Source: Octopus vulgaris
Taxonomy: Eukaryota
Direction of reading: 5' to 3'
Assembly (NCBI GenBank): GCA_951406725.2
Contig: OX597816.1
Location: 159,960,001 to 160,024,000 of the forward strand
DNA: 64,000 bases
The notes beneath the pieces were generated by a model, which saw nothing but the letters and a program-made list of their open reading frames with translations, was not told where the DNA came from and did no database searches. Positions within the stretch are counted from its first letter, which is position 1. Every line of letters starts with the position of its first letter. Of this stretch, positions 1 to 12,699 are shown one piece after another. Made by a program: the position numbers and the translations under genes.

Positions 1-528
1 CTCTAGTTTATGAAAGAAATACAAAAATCCTTGTATAGAATTGTGTGTTTCACAGTTCTAGCAATGCAGTGTTTGGCTGTTGTGTGCATGCCCATATGTC
101 CAAGATACGAAGCTTCACACTAGGGAGAGAGAGCACTGTCATTCATACAGTGCTGGTGAAAGGTAGTGTTTCTTTTTCACTTCATGTGTGTTGCTTAAAA
201 ACGTGTTTATATTCTTGAATGTGATAGAATTAGATTATTATCCTGCTTCCAGCAACAGTGTTGCTGCTAGGATTTGAAAATTAGGGCAGATTTTCATCCC
301 TTATTTTGTAATTTAGGGGGGATTTTTGAAAAACAAGGGGGAATTCACAGCAGTGTTCAGTGCACAAATTAAACACACTACTCAACAGTGGCTAAAACAC
401 GAACTGATCAAGTTTATGTATAAATATTCTTTTTATATGTTTGTTTTTTTTTTCACGCAATATTAAAACAATGGCTAAAAATTTTCTGAAGCAGCACCTC
501 CACTAATTTTATCTATGAGACACCAATG
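1..528 (-). mobile_element. hAT-type MITE, inverted copy of 2326-3019, cut by the window edge
   Basis: Reverse complement aligns by eye to 2326-2875; ends in TIR-like ATCTATGAGACACCAATG. Confidence 0.8.
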
Positions 529-727
529 CTGATTACTAGAAATTGGAGCTTTTTAATTATAATGTGCGTGTGTGTTGTGTGTGTAATATCACGGGTAATT
601 TGGTAATTTTTGAAGCTTGGTGAATTATGTTTACTCTCAACATTGTCACTGAAGTATTTCTTGCAGCAAGATGAGACCATTATTACAATCTCAAAGCCCT
701 TTGTTAGAGAGAAACAAATATTACAAT

Positions 728-730
<3 letters not shown>

Positions 731-816
<86 letters not shown>
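731..816. repeat. (TA)n(GA)n compound microsatellite
   Basis: Directly visible. Confidence 0.95.
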
Positions 817-817
<1 letters not shown>

Positions 818-959
818 CCTCTGGAGATATGGTGTGATTGAGAAGACCTGGCAAGTAAAGTGAGATCACAGCTGTAGCTAATACCAGTGTCACATTACCA
901 GCCTATTTAAAAAGTACCTTTGAATCATCAGGTGACTTACTGTGCTTGAGGAGACATAT

Positions 960-1418
960 TGTGTCAAGTAAAATCAAATTACAATCAAAAATGGAAATTG
1001 TAGTTGTGGTCGATGCCTGTGCTGCCTGAGTGGCTCTCATGCTGGTGGAATGCAATAAGCACCATTCATGCGTGGGGGGTTGTTGCCAGTGCTGCCTGAC
1101 TGGCTCCCCGTGTCAGTGACACATACAATGCACCATCTGAACACGTGGTCGATGCCAGCCCCACCGCTCTGACTGGCTCCTGTGCCGGTAACACCATCCA
1201 AGCATGACTGGCTCCTGTGCTAGTGGCACATAAACAGCACCCACTACACTCTTGGAGTGGTCGGCGTTAGGAAAGGCATTTAGCTGTAGAAACATTGCCA
1301 GATCAGATTGGAGCCTAATACATCCCCCTAGCTTGCCAGTCCCCAGTCAAACTGTTCAACCCATGCCAGCATGGAAAACGGACGTTAAACGATGGTGATG
1401 ATGATTATGATGATGATG
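960..1418 (+). mobile_element. RTE LINE 3' UTR fragment with tandem units and (GAT)n tail
   Basis: Matches the 3' end of the RTE at 45552-47207 (TTAGGAAAGGCAT...ACGGACGTTAAACGATG). Confidence 0.8.
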
Positions 1419-2325
1419 AGCATTACACACTCATATTCTCACTGCTATGAGACAGAAAACTTTAAAACAGCGATTTCTTTTTTCCTCCCACAAAAGCTTT
1501 ATTCAAAGTGGAATTTTTGTTTTCCTATGACCTAGAAAATTTGATAAAAGATTTTTACTGAAGCAGGCCACTACCGGTTGTCTTGTGCTGTGGTATTTAT
1601 TTGTAAACTATTAGTTTACAAATCAGCCATTAGTTCATCTGCCTGTAAAAATAATTACCACAGCATCTAAACGCTTTACAAATCCACATATTTCTATGAT
1701 CCCTATCAAAGCATCTAAGAGGAATTTTGTTGGTGGGGTTTATAGTTTCTTTTGGCCCCATTTCTCTTCTGTAGCTGCTGACCTTCAGGATGCCTTTTTT
1801 TTTCACTTTTCACTTGTTTCAGTCATTGGGCTGTGGCTCTGCTGGGGCATCACTTTGTTTAGTTGAGCAAATCAACTCTGCTATGTCTGAGTCTGATACT
1901 CAGGCCATCAGTCTCTTTTGCTGAACTGCTAAGTTATAGGGACGTAAACAAATCAACATAGGTTGTCATGTGAGGGTGAGGAGCAAATACAATGTATGCA
2001 CACACGCATACACAGAGAGGCTTCCTCACAATTTCCATCTCAGATACACTCATAAGGCATTATTTGGCCTGGAGCTATAGTAGAAAACACTTACCCACAA
2101 TGCCAAGCAGTGGGACTGAACCCAAGATCACATGGTTGCAAAGCATGCTTTTTTAACAAAATCCCAAGTAATTCTTAGTTCCAAGTAGAAGTTACCCTTT
2201 GTGCCAACTTCTTAAAGTGTACAGGTATATAATAAATATACCCATGGTGTTAATCACAATAAGATGGATCACACGTTTTGTAAGGAAGTAAATTGTAAAT
2301 ATTATCAGGAAATATATCTTCTCAT

Positions 2326-3019
2326 CAGTGGTGGTTCATAGATAAAATTAGTGGGGATGCTGCTTCAGAAAATATTTAGCCGTTGTTTTTAATATTGTGT
2401 AAAAGAAAACAAACATATAAAAAGAATATTTTTACATAAACTTGAGCTGTTTGCATTTTAGCCACTGTTGGATTGTGTGATTAATTTGTTCACCAAACAC
2501 TGCTGCGAATTCCCCCTTGTTTTTCAAAAATCCCCCCTAAATTACAAAATAAAGGGTGAAAATCTTCCCTATTTTTCAAATCCTGGCAGCAACACTATTA
2601 CTGGAAGCAGTATAATAATCTAATACTACACTTGATTGCATTCAAGAATATAAACATAATTTTAAGTGCAACACATGCCGAGTCAAAAAGAAACACTCCC
2701 TTCCACCAGCATACCAGGGTCAGCACTGAATGAACCACAGTGCTCTCTCTTCCTAGTGTGCGGCTTCGTATCTTGGACATGCGAGCATGCTCACAACAGC
2801 CAAACACTGCGTTGCTGGAACTGTGAAGCGCACAATTCTATACAAGAATTTTTGTATTTTTTTCATAAACTAGGAAATGGCTACTGCCATTAATCTTAAG
2901 AAGTATATAATGTACAAGTATAAAGAAAAGAGGACTCGTTATATTGAATGTTATCGATAATTTTGAGTAGAAATAGGGGGTGCTGCAATTCTGCAGTGCC
3001 TATATATGAGCTGCTGCTG
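2326..3019 (+). mobile_element. Non-autonomous hAT-type DNA transposon (MITE)
   Basis: Imperfect TIRs CAGTGGTGGTTCATA / TATGAGCTGCTGCTG; perfect 8-bp TSD CTTCTCAT at 2318-2325 and 3020-3027. Confidence 0.85.
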
Positions 3020-3793
3020 CTTCTCATACACCTTGATTCTTATGATTATTTCGCAGTTATTAGAATATCAACTTTTTCACACCTGTCTTGAAATGGAGGG
3101 TAAGTTTATTTGGAATTTTTCCTCTCCATTTTGTTTACGTTTTGACATTTTGTATACTGTTAAAGTAAGTCCTTTTGAGTCTCCCTTTTGTAACTACTTA
3201 ACCATGAAGTCATTGTATAACTTGTTTGTCTTTCAGTTGACTAATGGTGCAGAATTATATCTTACCATGAAGTATAAAACAATGAAAAAAGAAAGATTTA
3301 TACCTGTGATGGAAATAGGAGTATGCAGGAAATGGCATTTCCCTACTTCCTAGCTCACAGGATTATAATGTCAATATTTGACTCCTTTCCAGGATTATAA
3401 TGTCAATATTTGACTCCTTTCCAACCTCAACCTCACACACCTTAATGGTTCTCCTAGTTCCTAAAATCTATTTCCATCACTGGTTTAGACCATATAAATA
3501 GTCTCACTTCAAACACACCCTCTTCAGTTTAATTCAAATTACACATAACACATAATTGCAACAACAAAAAAAAGTTTCTGATTTAGGCACAAGGCCAGCA
3601 ATTTTTAGGAGAGGTCCAAGTTGATATCATTTGATCCCAGTACGTGACTGACACCTTATTTTATCAATCATAGAGGGATAAAAAACAAAGGCTGGGTTTG
3701 CCCTTTGGTTATCCAAAGCACTCAGCACTACCTGAGTTTGATTCTTACCAAAGCTTCCCAAAATATCTGAAACCTACTATATATATATATATG

Positions 3794-4110
3794 TGGAGGC
3801 GCAATGGCCCAGTGGTTAGGGCAGCGGACTTGTGGTCGGAGGATCGCGATTTCAATTCCCAGACCAGGCATTGTGTGTGTTTATTGAGTGAAAACACTTA
3901 AAAGCTCCATGAGGCTCCGGCAGGGGATGGTGGTGACCCCTTTTGTACTCTTTCGTCCTAACATTCTCTCACTCTTTCTTCCTGTTTTTTGAGTAACACT
4001 GTGATGGACTGGCGTCCCATCCAGCTGGGGGGAACACATATACCACAGAAACCGGGAAACCTGATCCATGAGCCTGGCTAGGCTTGAAAAGGGTGCATAA
4101 ATAAAAAAAA
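3794..4110 (+). mobile_element. tRNA-derived SINE, family C (V-domain-like); further copies at 34072-34378 and 18136-18270
   Basis: tRNA-like head GGCCCAGTGGTTAGGGCAGCGG...TTCAATTCCC; GTGATGGACTGGCGTCCCATCCAG motif; A-rich tail; three similar copies in the window. Confidence 0.75.
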
Positions 4111-5713
4111 TAAACTATATATATGGCTGTCATTCATATAGATTTCATACTATTCATGTTGCATGTTATTCAATGCTGTAAGACTTGAGATATGAAATGG
4201 AGGAGAAAGGCAAAGTCTGAACAGACAATTGTTTGTAATGGTGATAAATGGTCCAGGTATTTGCCAGTTGTACTGCTTGACTGCCTATTAGCTATCCACA
4301 TTGCAAGATGCAAGACAGCACAGTTAAAAGGAATCTGAAGGGAGGACTGTTGGATCTCTGTTTCGTGTGAATGGAACAGTACATATTTCATTTTCCTACC
4401 ATTCATCCTTCCTGGAACCACACCTGTTTCACACAGTCTCAGTATCATCTTTTACCTCACTGAATGCCTCCTTCACCTGTACACAATAACTCCCTTTTTC
4501 CTTTCCTTCTGTTCATCTCCCATTGTTTCCACTCCTATATACATCTGACTTCGTCCCCAGCACTTTGCATCTCTTACACACACAACCCCTACACACTTCA
4601 CATTATCTTTGCTGCCATCTATTATCTCTCTGATCCTCTCCTACTTCCTCCACTTACTCCTCCAACTGATATTCATGACTGACCATACTGCCATCCATGG
4701 CCACCACTCTCTACATTCCTCTTATTCAATCTTCTGTACCACTTATATTCACCTCCCTGTAATTTGAGGCTATACCTTGACACATATTCACCACTCACTT
4801 CTCCAACTGAGCCATTTATCTCTCCTATGCAAGACACCTGCTCTTATCCCTCTATCAGACTTGAACCACCTCCTTCAATACTACAGCCCTCAGTTGAGGA
4901 GTCTTGTCTTGCAAATTACTTAGGTACCTCACTAGTGCTGTTGCCACATAAAAAGCACCCAGTTCACTCTGTAAAGTGATCGGTTTTAGGAAAGGCATCC
5001 AGTCATAGAAACCATGCCAAAGCAGACTTTGGAACTTCATGCAACCCTCTGGTTCACCAGCTCTGGTTGAACTATCTAATCCATACAAGCATGGAGAACA
5101 GATGTTAATTGATGAGTATGTCTAACATGTCCATAGAGACAATAAGCCTTATTCAAAAGCACCTTTATATGCCTTCTTACAAAACTGTTAAAGGATTTCT
5201 GCAGTAATTTGTCAGCACAGATTCACTCCTTCATGGCAATTTTGTTGGTCTTGGTCCTTAGTTGTTTGTTAAACTGAATATTTCTTATCAAGGTGTCTCT
5301 CTGTGAATACCTCATACAGCTAATTTATCTGTGTCTATTGTATGACTGAGTAAAGACATTGTCAACTGTGTCACTCTGTCTCTTTAACCTTCACTTTGCA
5401 GGAACCAAAAAAAGTAGGTTCCAAGCTTGTGAACTGAGTTAACTCAGTTTAAATATGTTGTTACTTTCTGGAATTCTCCACATTTCATATGATACAGGAT
5501 GCACATTTTATTTCTACTGGCTAATTCAGTATCTACACATTAGTATGTAAATAATTAAACCAGTACAGTGAGGGTTAACTGAACATTTTAGAGTGATTTA
5601 TTATTCAAGCATGTCCAGCAAGCTGCTGTGTGATTTGATGTCACATTGTATTATCATGCACTAACTAGCTGCATGGTTTTCTACCTGGTAAGTAGGATAA
5701 TTGATTTACTAGC

Positions 5714-8700
5714 ATCATCATCATCGTTTAGCGTCCGCTTTCCATGCTGGCATGGGTTGGACGGTTCAACTGGGGTCTGGGAAGCCAGAAGGCTGCACCA
5801 GGCCCAGTTTGATCTGGCAATGTTTTTACGGCTGGATGCCCTTCCTAGCGCCAACCACTCCATGAGTATAGTGGGTGCTTTTTACGTGCCACCGGCACAG
5901 GTGCCAGGCGAGTCTGGCAAACGGCCACGATCAGATGGTGCTTTTTATGTGCCACCGGCATGGGGGCCAGGCGAGGCTGGCAACGACCACGAACGGATGG
6001 TGCCTTTTACGTGCCACCGGCACGAGGCCAGTTGGGGCGGCGCTGGCAATGGCCACGAATGGATAGTGCTTTTTACGTGCCACCGGCATGAGGTCAGTCG
6101 GGGCGGCGCTGGCAACGGTCACGTTCGGATGGTCCTCTTACATTCCACCGGCACTGGTAACTCAGCTGCAATTTCCATTGATCGATTTCGATTCTGATTC
6201 TAACTTGCCTCAACAGGTCTTCACAAGTAGAGTTTTGTGTCCCAAGAAGGGAAGGTATGCATAAGTGGGCTGGCTACATCCCATGTAGAGGGCCACAGGT
6301 TATGGTCTCACGTGTCCTGCCGGGTCTTCTCACGCACAGCATACTTCCAGCGGTCTTGGTCTCTAGTCATTTCCTCAGTGAGACCTAAAGTTCGAAGGTC
6401 GTGCTTCACCACCTCGTCCCAGGTTTTCCTGGGTCTGCCTCTTCCACAGGTTCCCTCAACCACTAGGATGTGGCACTTTTTCACACAACTATCTTCATCC
6501 ATTCTCGCCACATGTCTATACCAGCGCAAACGTCTCCCTTGCACACCACATCTGATGCTTCTTAGGTCCAGCTTTTCTCTCAAGGTACTTACACTCTGTT
6601 GAGTATGAATACTGACATTACACATCCATCGGAGCATACTGGCTTCATTTCTTGCGAGCTTACGCATATCCTCAGCAGTCATGGCCCATGTTTCACTGCC
6701 ATGTAGCATGGCTGTTCGTACACACGCGTCATACAGTCTGCCTTTTACTCTGAGCGAGAGGCCTTTTGTCACCAGCAGAGGTAAGAGCTCTCTGAACTTT
6801 GCCCAAGCTATTCTTACTCTAGCAGTTACACTTTCAGCACACCCGCCCCCGCTGTTGAATAAGGTTGCTGAATAAAGAAAATGAAGAATGGGATAAAGAG
6901 AGTCTGCCGAATGTTGACCCAACAGAGGGACCAGCTATCCGAGTTGACAGTTCCTTGGTAGTTAAGGCAATTAGAAGCATGAAGACAGGGAAAGCCCCAG
7001 GCCCATCAGGAATCACTGCAGAGATGCTCAAAATATCTGGTAACGGAAGCTATCAACTATTTCTAGTTTTTCTCCCTGGAAAGTGACAGAGGTTGGTCTC
7101 AGAGCACTTTCAATGTTTATTGTTCCTGAGCATCTGCCACATACAAAAACCATCTTCCTAGTTAGCCTTCCTTTGACATTGCTGCACCTCTTATGTGTCC
7201 ATAGCTTACACTTGGTGCATCTTATAGAGTTTCTACCTACACCTTTTTTACAGATCGAGCAGCGCCATCTACCTGAAGGAATTTGTGATTTGTCTACCTT
7301 CCTACTTATTAGTACTTTGGTTTTAGCTAGATTGACTCTAAGGCCCTTCGATTCTAATCCTTGCTTCCACACCTGAAACTTCTCCTCCAGTTCTGATAGT
7401 GACTCAGCAATTAGAGCAAGGTCATCAGCATAGAGGAGCTCTCAAGGGCATCCTGTCTTGAATTCCTCCGTTATTGCCTGGAGGACTATGATAAATAGGA
7501 GGGGGCTGAGGACTGAGCCTTGGTGGACCCCTACCTCTACCCGGAATTCTTCACTGTACTCGTTGCCAACCCTCACCTTACTAGCAGCGTCCCTGTACAT
7601 GGCTCGCACAGCTCTCACTAACCTTTCATCTATCCCTAGTTTCCTCATTGACCACCAGATAAGGGATCGGGGGACCCTGTCGAAGGCTTTCTCCATGTCA
7701 ACAAAAGCCAGGTACAGGGGCTTATCTTTGGCTAGGTATTTCTCCTGCAGCTGCCTTACCAGGAATATAGCATCAGTGGTACTTTTCCCTGGCACGAACC
7801 CAAACTGCATCTCATCTAAACTAACTCTCTCTAATTAGTTGGGCTATGACCCTCTCCATAACCTTCATCACCTGATCCAACAGCTTGATACCTCTGTAAT
7901 TATTTGTATCTAGGGTGTCACCTTTACCTTTGTAGCAGTTGACTATTATGCTGCTACACCAGTCATTGGGTATGACTCCTTCGTGTATCACCTGATTAAC
8001 TATACGGGTGACTAGGCTATAGCCGACACTACCAGATATTTTGAGCATCTCTGCAGTGATTCCTGATGGGCCTGGGGCTTTCCCTGTCTTCATGCTTCTA
8101 ATTGCCTTAACTACCAAGGAACTGTGAACTCGGATAGCTGGTCCCTCTGTTGGGTCAACATTCGGCAGACTCTCTTTATCCCATTCATTTTCTTTATTCA
8201 GCAACCTTTCATAGTGGCGTCTCCAAACCTCTCTCTTTGCATCCTCATTTAGCGCAAGTGAATCATCTTCCATGCAAACACACTTCTCTCCTACCACATC
8301 ACAATTCTCTCTCACACACTGTCTTGCAACGCGAAACACCTCCAGTCTTTGGTCCTCACGGCGCAGAACATTGGCAAATTTTTCTTATCTGCTTCCCCTC
8401 TGGCTCGATAGACCTGTCTCCTAGCTTCCCTTTTGGCAGTCTGATATAATTCCCTGCTACCACCATTCTTCCAGTCCTTCCAAGTCTGTCTCTTTTCTCT
8501 AATAGCCCTGTCTACAACACTGTTCCACCACCACGTTACCTTGGGACGAGAGGGGACTTTGCACCAGCCACAGATCTGGTCAGTGACTCTCAGCAGGTTG
8601 TCCCTTAGAAACGTCCAGTTGCCTTCTACCCCATGTGATACTCTCTCCCCTTCTACTTCATCAAAGGCTTCAAGTAGCATGTCCCTAAATCTCTGTCCAT

Positions 8701-9290
8701 TCGCAGGATCTTTAAGCTTCCAGATCCTTCTTCTCCATGTTGGTCGTCTTCTGGTTGTCCTCCTAGTCCTGATCCTAAAGTCACTAACTACCAGTCTATG
8801 TTGTGGGGTACATTCTTCGCCTGGGAAGGTTTTGGCATTCATAAGCAGCCATCTCTCCCTTTGCCTGGCAAGGATGTAGCCAATTTGGCTGGTATGTTGG
8901 CCCGATTGGTAGGTGACTAAGTGGTTGGTAGGTTTCCTGAAGTTAGTGTTGCAAATCATAAGATTATTTGCATTGCAGAACTCCAGCAGCCTGGTTCCCT
9001 CATCGTTGCGGGAACCATAGCCATAGCCTCCATGTGCGCCATGGAAGCCCCCAGCATGTCGTCCAACGTGACCATTGAAGTCACCAGCCACAAAGAGAAG
9101 GTCTCTGTCGTTCGTCAACGAGGTAGTCTGCAGTAGAGTGTCATAGAATCGGTCTTTCTGTCCATCGGGTAGCCCTGACTGAGGAGCATAGGCCGATATA
9201 ATGGTTGCTAAACTATGATGAAGCACTAATCTAATCTTAAGTATTCTGTCACATACTCTGATTACCTCAATTACTTTATCTACCCATTTC
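5714..9290 (-). mobile_element. 5'-truncated, disrupted RTE-clade LINE (AP endonuclease + RT + PHD-like finger + 3' UTR array + (GAT)n tail)
   Basis: ORF pieces 8312-9304 (SAYAPQ, GDFNGHVG, PQHRLV), 7821-8339 (KAPGPSG, NYRGIKLL), 7442-7810 (QFGF, AFVDMEKAFDRV, GVHQGSVLSPLLF), LLYADD near 7421-7438, and 6308-6850 (RLRWYRHV, GRGRPRKTW); frameshifts and stops. Confidence 0.93.
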
Positions 9291-9632
9291 TGGGTAGATA
9301 ACATACATGTTATAAGATATTTATGTGTCCAAATTATATGTCACAGATGTATCATGTATCAGATTTTATAGAAATTAATAGAATCTTCCCTTTTTATGTT
9401 AACTGCTTCAGGAATTTTATTAAGAAACGACTAAAATAGATACTAGTTAGGTTTATTAATACCAAAGTGCAATTTATTGACTGGGGAAAATAACCATGTG
9501 TTTGAAAAATTTTAAATACAGGATTCATTGTAACTTTTTCCAGTTATCATGTTAAACAATAACTAAAACCAGTCAGGGAAAATACATGTGTGTATGTGTG
9601 TGTGTTAATAAATAAAATCACTCAGGAAATAT

Positions 9633-10048
9633 ATCGTACGACAGGCACCCATGCTAACCCCCTTTGCTTGCGAAGACATGTTGGGGCAAGCGAAATCGAA
9701 ATCGAATTGAACCAGCCAGGATCCCTGGTCTGGTGGTACGTAAAAAGCACTATCCGACTCGTGGCCGATGCCAGCACCGCCTCGACTGGCTTCCGTGCCG
9801 GTGGCACATAAAATACACCAATCCGACCGTGGCCATTGCCAGCCTCGCCTGGCACCTGTGCAGGTGGCACGTAAAAAGCACCACTACACTCACGGAGTGG
9901 TTGGCGTTAGGAAGGGCATCCAGCTGTAGAAACATTGCCAGATAAGACTGGAGCCTGGTGCAGCCTTCTGGCTTCCCAGATCCCCGGTCGAACCGTCCAA
10001 CCCATGCTAGCATGGAGAACGGACGTTAAACGATGATGATGATGATGA
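9633..10048 (+). mobile_element. RTE 3' UTR fragment (young-looking, CpGs intact)
   Basis: Tandem units plus GGAAGGGCATCCAGCTG...ACGGACGTTAAAC(GAT)n. Confidence 0.85.
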
Positions 10049-10097
10049 TATAGCATAAAGGTTTCAGATCTTGTTAACACATGGTTGTAGATATTTA

Positions 10098-10409
10098 AGA
10101 AATAATAATATGTAAAACCGCACAGGAAGTTTGTGTAATAAAATGTATGCTAATATTAAGATCATAATGAAAGAGTTGTATTATAACATTAGATAATAAA
10201 CTGGTAGTACTGGTTTCACGTCTTATGCTAATCAAGCCTCCAAGGTCTTAGAATGACTGAAATCTAAGTCCTTGGATGTTTGATAAGCATAAGATGCGAA
10301 ACCGGTACTACCAGTTTATTATATAATGCAACTCTTTGTTTCATTATGATTTTAATATTAGCATAAATTTTATTATACAAACCTCCTGTACATTTTTATA
10401 TATTTTTCT
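10098..10409. repeat. About 310-bp imperfect palindrome carrying hammerhead-like motifs (Penelope-like terminal repeat relic)
   Basis: Arms reverse-complementary about a centre near 10255; hammerhead-like motif in each arm. Confidence 0.75.
10280..10307 (+). ncRNA. Minimal hammerhead ribozyme core, U3:A8 variant (candidate)
   Basis: TTGATAA-GCAT-AAG-ATGC-GAAA-CCGG-TA; stem I weak. Confidence 0.5.
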
Positions 10410-10410
10410 T

Positions 10411-11250
10411 TCAGAGGAGCTTCAGACCTTGGACATAGAAGTAGCTGGAAATTCCTACGGGACAGCTTACTGAGTGCCACAGACCAAGTCTTTGAATGGT
10501 GCAAAGTCCTTTCCAGACCTAGAGTAACATGGTGGTGGAATAATACGATAGACAAAGCCGTTAGATCAAAGAAACAGGCCTGAAAAGCCTGGAAGAGTGG
10601 CAGTACCAGGGAACTGTACCAGATAGCCAGAAGGGAGGCTGGGTGACAGGTATACATAGCCTAGGGAGAAGCAGAAAAGAAGAAGTTTGCAAATGTCCAG
10701 CGAAGTGAGGACAAAAGAACTGAAGTATTTCGGATTGCAAGACAGTGTGTGAGAGAAAATTGTGATGTCACAGGAGAGAAATGTGTCCGCATGGATGATG
10801 GTGCACTTGCTTTTAATGATTTGGAAAAGAAAGAGGCTTGGAGAAGCCATTGTGAAAGACTGCTGAACATGGAGAATGAAAGGGAGGAGGAGAGCCTGCC
10901 AAATGTTGACTCAGTAGAGGGACCAGCTATCCAAATAGACAGCACTCTGGTAGATAAAGCAATTAGGGTTATGAAACCAGGAAAAGCCCCTGGCCCATCA
11001 GGAATCACTGCTGAGATGCTTAAAACATCTGGTGGTGTGGGCTATGGCTTAGTCAACCATATTGTAAACCAGGTAGTTCATGATGGAGTCATACTCAATG
11101 ACTGGCATAGTAGCACCATAGTCAACTGCTACAAGGGTAAAGGTGATGCTTTAGATGGGGTATCAAACTGCTAGATCAGGTGATGAAAGTCATGGAGAGG
11201 GTCATAGCCCAACTAATTAGGGAGAGAATCTGCTTAGGTGAGATTCAGTT
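10411..11250 (+). mobile_element. Internal RTE LINE fragment, decayed
   Basis: ORF 10749-11174 (ESLPNVD, KAPGPSGITAEMLK, VNCYKGKGD) is paralogous to 7821-8339. Confidence 0.9.
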
Positions 11251-11251
11251 G

Positions 11252-12421
11252 TGGTCCTCATGGATCATTTCAACTTTTCTTATTAATAACTGCATTCTCT
11301 CTTTCTAAGTAAACTGATTTCTGACTGTTCAAAGAAGGCATCAGAACTAACAACTTGCAACTACTCTTAGAAATGTACAAAATTTTCATTATGGTATTAT
11401 GAAGTATCTGCAGATAAAAGGGTTTAGCTTCCAACAACATTCATGCTGACATGATTGCTAGATTAAGGGATGATGCTCCAGTTTTATCAACAGTGCAAAA
11501 GTTGGCAGCTGAATTTAGGAGAGTCTTTAAGATGACCCAAAGTCTAGATGTCCTGCAACTGCACCCACTGAAGAAAGCATCGATTGTGCTCACCACATGC
11601 TGATGGATGATGGGTGATTTATTATAAGTGAAATAGCCAATACTATCAGCATATCCCATGAGAGAGTTGAGAATATTCTACACAATGAACTTGGCATGAC
11701 AAAAGTTTCCGCTCAGCCAGTGCTACATCTGATGCTAGATCGAAAGGCTGACCACATCATAAGAAAATCTGAGGCAGATTCAGCTGATTTCTTTGAACAT
11801 TTCCTAACCCAGGATGTGTGTTGGATTGATCACTTCAAGTCAGAGACAAAAAGATAATCCATGCAGTGGAAACACCCCTCCTCACCTGCTCTAAAGAAGG
11901 TCAAGATCATTTCATCTGCAGGGAAGGTGATGGCCTCAGTTTTTTGGATTTGAAAAGGAATTATGTTTATTCAAAAGGGCCACATCATTAATAGAGTACT
12001 ATACCAAGTTGGTGAGGCAATTACGAAAGAGTGTCAAGATCAAATGCCCAGGGAAACTGGTGAAATCTCCATCAAACAAGCCCTTTTTTTCAGTGACTGT
12101 TGTGCATGTCTGGCTTTGAAGTAGTTAATCCCCACCCCCTATTCTCCAGATTTGGCCCATCTGACTATCGTCTGTTCCCCGACATGAAAAAACACTTGAA
12201 TGTGAACCAGTATTGCAGTGATGTTGATGTCATATTTGCTGTTGATGACTTTTTTTGGACCAAAAGGATGAAAGCTTCTTCACCAATGGGATCCAATCAC
12301 TGCAACACCGATGGAAGAAGTGTGTGGACTGCAAGGAGGACTATGTTGAGAAATAGATATCATTTGGTCATGTTCCATGAGAGTACTTTGGTTGGCTTAT
12401 GAACTTTTCATCCGACCCTCA
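11252..12421 (+). mobile_element. Decayed mariner transposon
   Basis: Remnant transposase motifs WKHPSSP...SAGKVMASVFW and SPDLAPSDYRLFPDMKK; right TIR-like end AACTTTTCATCCGACCCTCA|TA. Confidence 0.8.
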
Positions 12422-12699
12422 TATGTTGTATGTGTGTGTGTGTGTATAAATAACTTGAAATCATAGAATATAGAATATACTACGTGTGTCAGTTATTAGC
12501 TAACCCTAACTGCAGCCTTCAGAAATTTCATGCTTTCTAAAATTTTCCAACACTACTCCTGACTATTTAACCTTTTCTCCTTATGGTTCTTTTACTGTTC
12601 ACTTTTCTTCTTTTCATTACTTATTGATACTTTTTGTCTCTTCTTTTAACCTTTTCCAATGAATTGTAGTGTGCCTGAGCATTGTCTATACTAAGCTCA

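Noticed and set aside
3357-3421. Short perfect tandem duplications (32 bp here, 45 bp at about 17613-17702, 22 bp at about 20431-20476)
   Set aside because: Ordinary slippage or repair duplications with no further structure
3794-3870. tRNA genes at SINE heads
   Set aside because: A/B-box-like heads run directly into SINE bodies present in many copies; no complete cloverleaf
3006-4682. ORFs 3006-3353, 4170-4448 and 4464-4682 as exons of a second gene
   Set aside because: No recognisable protein motifs or consistent splice chain
5646-6197. Recurrent ORFs with FYVPPA / CHRH motifs (also 9622-10013, 21643-22173, 43474-43915, 46399-47160)
   Set aside because: Incidental translations of the RTE 3' UTR array; the 67-bp period shifts frame every unit
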